Positions 53,632-64,000 of a DNA stretch of 64,000 bases are shown piece after piece. A model generated the notes under the pieces. That model did no database searches. It was not told the DNA's origin and saw only the letters and a program-made list of their open reading frames with translations. Position 1 is the first letter of the stretch; every line of letters begins with the position of its first letter. The stretch is taken from positions 14,638,226 to 14,702,225 of the forward strand of contig NC_068988.1 of the NCBI RefSeq assembly GCF_001194135.2. Direction: 5' to 3'. The position numbers were made by a program, and so were the translations under genes. The stretch comes from Octopus bimaculoides (Eukaryota).

Positions 53632-53739
53632 CTTCCTTTTTCTTTTCTAATGAACCATCTTTTTTATCAAATATCTCAGGAGACATGGGTCTTGTAACAG
53701 GTAAACACGAAAGGTCTGGTTCAACAAATTCTTTTGGAC
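53632..53739 (-). CDS. FCHO2: FCHO exon: (G)PKEFVEPDLSCLPVTRPMSPEIFDKKDGSLEKKKE(D)
   Basis: gatttgtag|GT…GAAG|gtaaag; 108 nt, phase 1 to 1; EF motif follows the F-BAR as in FCHO proteins. Confidence 0.85.
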
Positions 53740-55259
53740 CTACAAATCAACAATACTTTAGCATCAACGAACAAAATAAGTTGGAAAAAAGCAATTTCAA
53801 TACAAAGAACTACTTCAAAACTTAGAAGACAGCTTTCTTCAGAATGCCATGCAGAATAAATAATGGGTTAAATTTGTTACACAAAGATCACCAAAGCCAC
53901 TTTATTGCTAACAAACCATCTCATAATGATTTCTAACATAGATGCAGGCATGGCTGAGTGGTTGAGAAGCCTGCTTTCACACCACATGGTTCCAGGTTCA
54001 GTCGCACAGCATGGTACATTGAGCAAGTACCTTCTACAATATCCTCAGGCCAACCAAAGCTTTGTGAGTGGATTTGGTAGATGGAAACTGTGTGGAAGCC
54101 TGTCCTGTGTGTTTATGCCTTTGTTTCTACTTTTCTCCCAACTTGACAACTGGTGTTGGTTTGCTTATGTCCCTGTAACTTAGTAATTTGGTGAAAGAGA
54201 CTGATAGAATACACATAAGTGATGGACTTAAAAAGAAATAATTACTGGGTTCAATTTGTTCGACTAAACCTTCAAGGCTTGTGCCCCCAGCATGGCCACA
54301 GTCCAAATGCAGTAAATATATGTTCAATGAATAATATTTCTCTCAGAACATAGCATCAGACGAAATACCGCTAAGCATTTCGCCCGGCATGCTGACGTTT
54401 CTGCCAGCTCGCTCGCCTGTTTCCACACAGTTTCTATCTACCAAATTCACTCATCAACCATTGGTCAACCAGGGCTATAGAAGGTGCCATGTAGTGGGAA
54501 TGAACCCAGAACTTCATGACTGAAAAGCAAAGCAAACTTTCTTAACTATTCCACCATGTGCACATGACACACCTACACAGACACAAATTGCTTTCAGTGT
54601 TTTTGAAAAGCATTAGGAACAAAAGTAACAGTATTATCAATAACACTCAGATTTTGATCATGATGTCAATATAATTATATTGCTGCTGGAATGAATCATA
54701 CTCAAGGAACACAATTAAATACTGAAAAAAAAAAAGAAAAGAAAGTGTAATATAGAATAGCAATGACATAAATCAATAGAGTTGTGAGAAAAAAAAATTC
54801 TTGTACTACCAGTTTGTTAACCATTCTGACCAATAAGACAAATATGGCAAGTTCCCGCCATCACAAGGGGCTTTGAACAAGGCTAGCTTTAATATTGATA
54901 GTGTGTACACTAACAAAAAAGACTGTCCACATTAAATCTCTATCTTCTGAAGAGACTTTATAATAACAAGCTTTTTGGATGCAGTGCTCAGGTGCACTAC
55001 AACTCATTGGAAGAGAGTAAAAGAGAACAGAAAGCAGCAATAAGTCGAGTAAAAAAAAGACAGTAATGATAACCAGCAGACTTATACGTGTGGTACACAG
55101 CATGGAATACAAGACAGAAAAGTAAACAGTAAAAAAAAGCAGCGAGGAGGAAAAGGTGCAAAGTACAGCAGGAACAGCTGAAACTACTGAATTTTGGAAA
55201 TAGAATTTCTCAATACGAATCTAATTGTGTGTCATTGGGTGTTATCAATCCATAGTGAG

Positions 55260-55550
55260 GGCACGTGGCTTAGTGGTTAGAGCATTCAGCTCATAATCGT
55301 AGGGTTGTGAGTTCAATTCTCAGTGGCGTGTTGTGTCCTTGGGCAAGACAATTTATTTCATGTTGCTCCAGTCCACTCAACTGACAAAAGGGTCCCACTC
55401 CGCGTCATGCTGAATCTCCCTGAGAACTACATGAAAGGTATGTATGTCTGTGGAGTGCTCAGCCACTTGCACATTAATTTTTCAAGCAGGCTGTTCCATT
55501 AATTGGATCAACTGGGACACTTATCGTCGTAACCAAGGGAGTTCCAGTTA
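55260..55550 (+). mobile_element. tRNA-derived SINE family D with a CORE-like block (second copy at about 35880-36165 -)
   Basis: gtggcttagtggttagag (A box), gtgagttcaattc (B box), then tgtgtccttgggcaagac…ccagtccactca, similar to the CORE domain. Confidence 0.75.
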
Positions 55551-56321
55551 TCAGTCTATATAACATGAATGTGTACTATTTCCACACTGCAGAGGGTTGG
55601 GTTTCTAGCTAAAGGATAACTTACTTCCATTGTCACTTTTGACAGTTTCATAGGGCCTGAAAAGACAAAGAGTGCTGCCCTGCCTTCTACTCTGAAGTAA
55701 GTCATTAAAAAAAAAAAACGCATCACATACATATACACATCACATGCATATACTCATGAGTGCACACATGTGCACACCCAGATGGAATATTTTAACATGA
55801 GACAATACAGAAAAGCACTTAAGACAATCACATAACAGTGTTATGTGATTGTAAGAGACACAATCTCATACACATACAAGCATTAGACATGCATACATAT
55901 GCAAATACATTTGACAAAGACACATGCACAACCACATTAGACAAAGACAGACATACACAAATACATTAAACACACACATACAAGCATATTAAACAAATAC
56001 ATGCTAGTACATTACACACACACGTTCACACACACACACAAATGCATTAAAACAGAACCAAATGGAAGCACGTGAAAGAGACATACATACACACACAATC
56101 TAAACATACAGACAGACAATGGTAATCACATTAGAGAAACACACATACATTAGACAGACACATATAGGAACATGAGAGGGAAATACACAGAAAGGTTAGA
56201 CAGATAAACACACACAAGAATATTAAACACATACACACAAGCAGGAACACAAACACACACATAGGACGAACATCAGCCAAACACACAGTCACAATACAAA
56301 GATGGCAATGAAGATACTCAC

Positions 56322-56418
56322 CCGGACGTATTTTGCCTGAAGCTTTAGCCTGCACAAAGGTATGAATCAATTTCTGTACAGTCATCTCATCACAGTTATT
56401 TCTAAATTCATTATGTAC
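56322..56418 (-). CDS. FCHO2: FCHO exon, end of F-BAR: VHNEFRNNCDEMTVQKLIHTFVQAKASGKIRP(G)
   Basis: ttcttcttgccag|GTA…CCGG|gtgagt; 97 nt, phase 0 to 1. Confidence 0.93.
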
Positions 56419-57286
56419 CTGGCAAGAAGAAATATTGGTTTAAATTCTGGCATGAGATCAGCAATTTCGGAGGGGAGGGAGGGAGTCACACGGGCCCTTA
56501 GAAGATCTGGGTTGGTGTCTGGCATGCTGGAAGATCACTGGGAGTGAGGCACCCCTTAACTTTTGCTAAAGCATGTGTCCAGTACCCACTCTCAAACCCA
56601 GGTTATGTCTGCTAATGATAATCAGTGGTGACTTGGTCAGTGAATACTCTGCAATGGTCAACAATTGATGGCAAAATGACTTGCTATGGATCACACTATC
56701 CCTGAGTGTGTATGCCTGTGACTAGGGACCATATGTTAACTTGTATTCCCACTGAAACGCTGAATACGATCTATTGGTCGAAGCCAGCCCAACCCACCTC
56801 AAGTGAATGCTGCCACAAGTACAAGTAGGGGGTAAGTCAATTACATCATCTCAAGCGCTCATCTGGTACTTGTTTTATGGATTTTATCGACCCCCAAAAA
56901 GAGGAAAGGCAAAGTCGACCTCGGTGGAATTTGAACTCAGAACAAAGACAGACGAAATGCTACTAAGAATTTTGCCCAGCCTGCTAATGATTCTGCCAGC
57001 TTGTCACTTTTACTTGTTTCAGTCATTGGACTGTGGCCATGCTGGGGCACAAGCCTTGAAGGTTTAGTCGAACAAATTGAACCCAGTAATTATATACATA
57101 TACAACAGGCTTCTTTCAGTTTCCTTTTACCAAATCCACTCACTGAGACTATGCTCATGGTTCCACATAGTAGCACTGAATCCAAAACCAAGTGGTTGGG
57201 AACCAAATTTCTCAGCCAAATCGTCACACCTGAGCCTATCCTACATAACAATTACATAAGCAACTATTAACAACTGACAAGCTCAC

Positions 57287-57385
57287 CTGTCCAAGTAAGA
57301 TGTGTTCATTAACCCATGCTTTAGAGTATGTATCTATGAAATCTTTCATCTGACGTGCATGTTCTTCTTCCAACTTTTGAAATTG
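57287..57385 (-). CDS. FCHO2: FCHO exon, F-BAR: QFQKLEEEHARQMKDFIDTYSKAWVNEHILLGQ
   Basis: ttctgtttccag|CAA…CAG|gtgagc; 99 nt, phase 0 to 0. Confidence 0.93.
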
Positions 57386-58354
57386 CTGGAAACAGAAACA
57401 CAAAAAAAAAAAAAATGTTATTTGAGAAAAAAGACCACATTATAATGTAACAAATTATATATTTTGTGAGAAGTAAAAAGTGAGAAACATTTAATTTTCT
57501 GAGCCTTGTAATTACCAAAATATGATGATGATGATGATAATTTCTCCAATAAAGGTAGAAAAGTTTCACTAACAATTAAAATGTATAAAAATACAAATCA
57601 CATATTATAACAAGATATTTGAAAATTATATAATTAACAAGATATTATTTTTCTTGTGAAGATGCAAAAAGCGACTCGCGCTTCTTCGTCCCACCAATTC
57701 TTCCCTGCGATAAATGCCCCTAGCTCTTCTGTACTGGCTTTGACCTAAACAGCTATCCCAGGCACTGGCACCCTTCATATCCATCAAGATGAAGAGGCTC
57801 AATCACTGGCTACAGATCTCCTATTTGGATATGAGTTGATGACAACAATTTTCAGTGATATATAAGTGACCAAAATTACAACATTCTCCTCAAACAGGAC
57901 GCCTGTTTTCACAGAATTCAAAGCCAGCGATTTCAGGTGAGGGGGCAAGTCACTTACATTGACCCCCATTACTTGACAACACTTTATTTTATCAACCCCA
58001 AAGGGATAAAAGGCAAAGTTGACTTTGGCAGAATTTGACCTTGGCAGAATTTGACCTCGGAATGTAAAAAGCCAGAAAAAAGGCCACTGAGCATTTTGTT
58101 AGACATGTTAACAATTCTGCCAGCTCACTGCCTTATTAGATGTGTACCTTGTGTTAAATTTAAACCTACAATTAAATTTCTTTAACTGACTTATCATAAT
58201 GATTCTAGAAAAGGTACAAATATAGTTTTTGATGTTTACCTCTTCTTAAAATCACAAATTTCATGCTTATTTAAAAAAAGAAACACTACTAAGTCAGTGA
58301 CAAAAATTAGAATGTAGAATGTCAGCAAAATAGAAGTTTGGCAGAGCCACAACA

Positions 58355-58810
58355 ATGACTAGCTCAGTAGAAAATAAACTCACAGTCACAACAAAGACTG
58401 GCTTATTAGATCAGTAACAAGAATAAGACTTTCAGAAAAGTCAAGATCCGGCAGAGCAGCAAAATGAACCGATCCATCAGAAAATAAAAATGGTACAACA
58501 AATATCAAAATCTGGCTTAGCAGTAAACAAAGACTAAATCAACAAACAAAAGAAGATTTATTCCATAGAAAACACAGACTACTGCAAAAGAAACAAGGAC
58601 TGGCTCAGTAGAAACAATCATCTACCTCAGCAGAAACATTGGCACAGGAACTACTTGAAGGACTGGTTCAGTAGAAACAAGGAATGATTCAACAGAAACA
58701 AGGAATGACATAGTAGAAAATGAAAATTGGCTCAACAGGCTCAACAGCAAGCACTGGCTCAGTAGCAACATAGAGTGGCTCAACTGCAAGCACTGGCTCA
58801 GCAGCATCAA
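58355..58810. repeat. Degenerate tandem repeat, core ACTGGCTCAGTAGAAACAA
   Basis: About 10 variably spaced copies of (t)ggctca(g/a)(t/c)ag. Confidence 0.7.
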
Positions 58811-59373
58811 TCAGCAGAGCATTGATAAGAGTTTCAACGGCAAAGATTTAGGCAGTTGACATCAAATTTAGAACTGCAACACAGTATACAATTTGGATAG
58901 TTGTGTAATGGGTGATTAGGTCAGCAAAACGTAAGAGGAATTAGGAGGGTAACAAGTTTGGTGAGGAAAACAGCAGCAAATGATGAAATGGTAAAAAAAG
59001 AAAAAAAAAAAAAGAGCCAGATTATAATACTCTGGTGTATTAAACTATTTTCTTGTTGCTAAAGACCACACAGAGTTTAGAAGCACTCAAATTACAATAT
59101 ATATTTGCATATCACTTTGACAATATTTTCAAACAGGTTCACAAGAAATATTCCATACAAGCATATTCAAATAACCAAAACAATTTTTTTTTTTTTGGTG
59201 GAAANNNNNNNNNNGTGTGTGTGTGTGCGTGTTTCAGCAATTTAAGATAACCATGAGAAATTGACACAGATTATGGAGTTTAGTATTTATAGTAACTGAA
59301 TGTTTTAGTTAAGTATTATTTATGTATAGGAAGGGAGACAAAACAGTTCCATTAGTGTGTAACAATTGTACAA

Positions 59374-59417
<44 letters not shown>

Positions 59418-59519
59418 CACTTTCGGTCTCTGTCCAGGGAAGCCATGCAAGTCTGGTGTGAAATGTCTAAGTTGTGTGTGGATTGTTGACTGTGTGATTT
59501 ATATGGAAAGCTTAAAAAA

Positions 59520-59533
59520 AAGTAATAATAATA

Positions 59534-59618
<85 letters not shown>

Positions 59619-59620
59619 AA
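59520..59620. repeat. (AAT)n followed by (AAAT)n microsatellite
   Basis: Seen directly. Confidence 0.95.
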
Positions 59621-61191
59621 AATGAGGGATGGTATTTTCTGTATGGCAGTGTGGATTGCTATGAGTTCCAGTGAGTGAGTGAAATGGAATTAACATACAG
59701 AAAGAACAGTGTCAGAAACATGGGTAATTGGAGATGCTTACACACTTGTCAAATGTATGTGAGGAGTTCTGTAGGAGGTGTGCTGTGTGAATTTGGAAGT
59801 GAAATAGGCAGCAAATGTTTTTATTACAAGGCTACTTATATTACCATTTTTGGTTAAAGAGAGGCAGGTCACACACACACAGAGTTAATGGTTCATTTTG
59901 TTGTTACCCCAGGTGTCATGTTCTTTTTTATTTGTTTATACAGCAGCCTGACTGAATGCCCAATGCAAGAAACTCAAGAGTGCCTAAGAAGTAAATCACC
60001 AACTTTGAATAAAAGATGAAGGCTGGAGAATATATCAGCCGAAACATTGCGTTAGCAACAAATAAGATGAGGACAAATATCCGTCAAATGTAAATAACGT
60101 AAATAATGGAGTTAAATGTTTGTATTATCAGTATTAATAGTTTGTGACTTAGATCTGCATCATTCAAAGTTTCACAGACCTAAAACATGTCTAATCCTTC
60201 AGGTGCTGTAGTTTTAAGAGGCAAGGTAGACATGTGTTCTAAAGAAGGCTGATTATCATTGGATTATGTAAATAGTTCATTCTTATTAAGTCAGTACGGG
60301 GTCATGTAATTTGAGATAAAAAAAAAACCTGCTACGTGTTGTAGCAGCTACTGAATAAGTGAGAACTTTGATGCAGTAGATAAGAGTCATCTCTCATGCT
60401 TTCATTAGAAATTTCAACATTAAGTCCAGCAAAATTTCATTAACAGTTATGAGACTATTCAACTAATAGCCGATAACAGCAATAGCAATTTTCACTGATG
60501 ACAACAATATAAAAGTTCAGTTTTCTTGTTAAGGGACACAATGGCTTCTTGTAGTATGTGCAGTTTCTCAAAGAGATGAAATCGGTGGTTGTGCACTCTG
60601 GGGGAAACTATGACAAGGTTTTGTCAAATATACATCAAGTTTTGCAAGGCAGGACATTTCTTGATCCTGAAGTCACTAGATAAAATAGGACAGATTGGTT
60701 GGTTTCCTTCGTCTCTGAACCTAAAGGAGTATATATGCTGAGTGCATTTTCCCTTGAAATTGTTGGTTTCAAATCCTGTGCAGTTTCTTTTAGGATATTA
60801 TCAAGTGGTATAAGGTTCACAAACCAATGCTTTAGAAAGGTAAAATCTCCTCAATGGACATGTAGATAGATTTCAGCATTTGGGGGTGGGTGTCTGAGAT
60901 GAAGGGTACAAAGATATGTGCTTCTTTTCCTGTTATAACATGCAAAGTCAGATGTGATGTTATCTAGACAAGAGTAATTAACCTTAATATTATATACATT
61001 AAAAAGCTTGAGGTATTTAAATCTACTTAGGAAATGGCATTTAATGGAGTTGAAAAGAAGATTGCATGTAAACTTTTTTTACCAATCAAATATCAGAATG
61101 ATTTCAGAAAATGATATCGAAATATTTATCATACTTCTTTATCAGCTGCTATTTTCATAGCAAAGTACTGTGATAGCAACATTTTACTTAC

Positions 61192-61271
61192 ATCACAAGA
61201 TTGAGACATTTTCTTCTCAAATTCATCTCGTACTGTTGCATATTTGTCAACAAGATTTTGGTATTCATCAT
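61192..61271 (-). CDS. FCHO2: FCHO exon, F-BAR: (D)DEYQNLVDKYATVRDEFEKKMSQSCD
   Basis: tttctgtcag|AT…GAT|gtaagt; 80 nt, phase 1 to 0; resembles the F-BAR helix of FCHO2. Confidence 0.9.
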
Positions 61272-61944
61272 CTGACAGAAATTAAGAACAGAGGCGAAAT
61301 TAATAGGTATAAAGGAAACTGTAAACACAATAATTAAAAGATAAAAATTCACAAAATGTCATAAATAGTAGCTTTAAGATTACTTATCAATAACAAAGTA
61401 ATGAGAATTAACTTGTCACATATAATAGCAACCAACATCCTTATTTGTCTCAGGAATCATAGGTTTAATACTTAGTACAAGATTAACACTTCATATGACA
61501 AAAATAAAGATATTTTTATATTGTAATAAGTTTTATTTTCATAAATATAAACTAATAAATTAAGAATATTTTTTTCTTTAAATTAACCAAAAATACACTC
61601 ACATTTAAAGAAATATTAATTAAATTCTATACATAACAGCATCATCAATTTGCATTTACTTTTCTATGCTTGCATAAGTTGGATAGGTTTCCTGAGACAG
61701 AACTTTATGCTGATACCGATCCTGTTGCTAACCATTTTTAGTTGCCTCATATGACAAATAGGTACATAGTTTAACAATTACAAGCCAAGATACATATAGT
61801 GTGTCTGTGCATGCCTCTACATTCATTATAAGTATCCTGGTTTGTAATTGATAAACTATATACTTGTGTGTCATATGAGGCAACTAATATATATAAATAT
61901 GCATGCATGCATATAAACATATATCTCATTGTAATATATATATA

Positions 61945-63167
61945 CTAGCAGAAATACCCGGCTTTGCCCGGGTTAAAGAGAATAATGAAATCTAAAAATG
62001 CCGTCTAGACTACGCAACCCTCAACTGTTAGTAGCTACGATACCATATTTCTACATTAATAACTCTCCAATCCATGCCAGCATGGAACATAGACATTAAG
62101 TGGAATGCCAGTCTCTCATCTAGGAGGGCCTTGAAATCAATGTTACCAACTGGGGACTATGTGTGTCGCAGTGATAATAAAAAGACCCAAAGGAGGTCTG
62201 CAACGAAATAATTTTACTCAACACTTTGCAAGTGAATCAGTGGAGGCAAAGATGCGTCTTATTTACTTGACAATTTATGCACCNNNNNNNNNNNNNNNNN
62301 NNNNNNNNNNNNNNNNNNNNNNNNNNNNNNNNNNNNNNNNNNNNNNNNNNNNNNNNNNNNNNNNNNNNNNNNNNNNNNNNNNNNNNNNNNNNNNNNNNNN
62401 NNNNNNNNNNNNNNNNNNNNNNNNNNNNNNNNNNNNNNNNNNNNNNNNNNNNNNNNNNNNNNNNNNNNNNNNNNNNNNNNNNNNNNNNNNNNNNNNNNNN
62501 NNNNNNNNNNNNNNNNNNNNNNNNNNNNNNNNNNNNNNNNNNNNNNNNNNNNNNNNNNNNNNNNNNNNNNNNNNNNNNNNNNNNNNNNNNNNNNNNNNNN
62601 NNNNNNNNNNNNNNNNNNNNNNNNNNNNNNNNNNNNNNNNNNNNNNNNNNNNNNNNNNNNNNNNNNNNNNNNNNNNNNNNNNNNNNNNNNNNNNNNNNNN
62701 NNNNNNNNNNNNNNNNNNNNNNNNNNNNNNNNNNNNNNNNNNNNNNNNNNNNNNNNNNNNNNNNNNNNNNNNNNNNNGGAATAACGTGTACATATACATC
62801 TATATGTATACATATACATCTCTCGCTCTCTCTCTCTTTCTCTCTCTCTCTGAAAGTATCTGTCATTACAGTATCAAAATGTGATTGTTTCAGTTAGTAG
62901 AATAGTTTCATTTTTAAAGTGAAAGTATTTGACATGAGTGTTTTTGTTTCACTTTTGACACGTAATACTTAAATAGTGGAGGAGATATTATGTTGCCGTG
63001 GGCTCGAACTCTGCAAGAAGTTAAAATTTTTTTTTGACTAAAACACAACTGGAACCCTAAGTAAGGCATGTGTAAAATTTGAATGAAATTGGTTGCGTAG
63101 TTCTCGAGTTTTAGGGATTCACACAGACAGACAGACAGACACACATTCTCATTTTTATATATATAGA
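61945..63167 (-). mobile_element. Non-autonomous Helitron spanning an N-gap
   Basis: Minus strand reads A|TCTATATATATAAAAATGAG…(GTCT)n… …CCCGGGCAAAGCCGGG(hairpin)TATTTCTGCTAG|T: 5' TC, 3' hairpin plus CTAG, insertion between A and T. Confidence 0.8.
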
Positions 63168-64000
63168 TAATCATTCTTAAAACAGTTTTATATTCATATT
63201 CTCTAATGCTATCATATCATTAGTGAAATTACAACAAGTATATTTTAATAGTTTCCCATACATGCTAAGAATAAAATATATATTTTTTGAATTAAGGAAA
63301 AAATAAACAAACAAGAAATGAAAAAAATTTGTTCAAAACAAATCTAAATTTAGGGAAAAAAAAAAAGACTATATTACTATGATAAAAACAGTTTCTAACT
63401 ACATAATACAGGCTTAAAAAGATATAATCAGACTGAGCAGTAGGAGATTACTGATAATATAATTAATAAATTGTAAGCTTAAAGTTTTCACAAGAGAGTA
63501 TTAAGTTTCAGTTTCGGTTCATTTCACTATCTTCTACTTCTTCCACTTCATACAAGTACAGCAGCTAAAGCAATATTATTCATTTGCTTATATATACATA
63601 CGTGTCTGTATGTGTGTATATATATATATATATGTATGTAGGAGTAAAGGGAAGCGTGTGTGCATGTATATATGTATACACAGACAGCCTTCAACCAGAA
63701 TTGGTTCAGGCCATGACTAATGTAACAGTTTAGCCACAGCCTTTAGGCTGAAATATATAAAAGCATGTGTGCGCATGTGTGTGTCTGTGGATATGCTGTG
63801 TATATAACTGTGTATGTGTTTTAAGACAGATATATTAAAACATTTCATGGGCAAACTAACATGTAATTTATTAACCTGCATAATATCTATGCCCCTGAAT
63901 AGGTTTCGGGCTTCATCTCTGGTCATAAAACATTATTCTATCACTTCTATATTTGTTCATGAATATTGTTTAGATGTCTACATGTGAAGTGTACATGCAT

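Larger units (their letters stand above)
15343..61271 (-). other. FCHO2: FCHO1/2-like (muniscin) gene span, 19 coding exons, 5'-incomplete in this window
   Basis: Manual spliced translation with GT-AG borders and matching phases at all 18 introns. Peptides resemble FCHO2 as I recall it: F-BAR end, DVDEEGYS linker motif, and mu-homology domain (…[16 protein letters not shown]…, …YFNVDILKYQ…, …GYRLSLVKKRF…). Confidence 0.93.

Noticed and set aside
54861-55112. 83-aa ORF with a signal-peptide-like hydrophobic stretch
   Set aside because: Explained by a pyrimidine-rich intronic tract; no splice or homology support.
55260-55330. tRNA-like sequence with A and B boxes
   Set aside because: It is the head of a SINE D copy and lacks a complete cloverleaf with an acceptor stem, so it is not called as a tRNA gene.
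59960-60110. …GAAGGCTGGAGAATATATCAGCCGAAACATTG motif resembling Penelope-like element termini (similar motifs near 1850 and 50160)
   Set aside because: Too short and degenerate, with no RT or GIY-YIG remnant seen, to call confidently.

Overview
This is AT-rich, microsatellite- and SINE-dense animal genomic DNA with scaffold N-gaps. The repeat content looks like an octopus/coleoid cephalopod, but that is an inference. Nearly all ORFs in the supplied track are spurious microsatellite or antisense frames. I reconstructed one protein-coding gene by hand on the minus strand: an FCHO1/2 (muniscin, F-BAR domain only protein) orthologue. It has 19 phase-consistent coding exons from 61271 down to a stop at 15343, covering the C-terminal half of the F-BAR domain, the linker with the AP2-activating region, and the complete mu-homology domain. 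The 5' exons lie beyond the window or in a gap. Highlights: (1) a candidate internal first exon (53042-53162) encoding MGFLGACCCCYRHCC..., which splices in frame to give an F-BAR-less, putatively lipid-anchored, SGIP1-like isoform; (2) a U12-type minor intron (38707-40035); (3) extra cassette or poison exon candidates and a read-through alternative C-terminus; (4) a CpG-dense GC island in an intron; (5) a perfect 41-bp-arm hairpin. The rest is decayed RTE-type and other LINEs, four SINE families, Tc1/pogo and hAT MITEs, a Helitron and a transposase fragment. Exon and TIR boundaries were read base by base; SINE, LINE and microsatellite limits are approximate.
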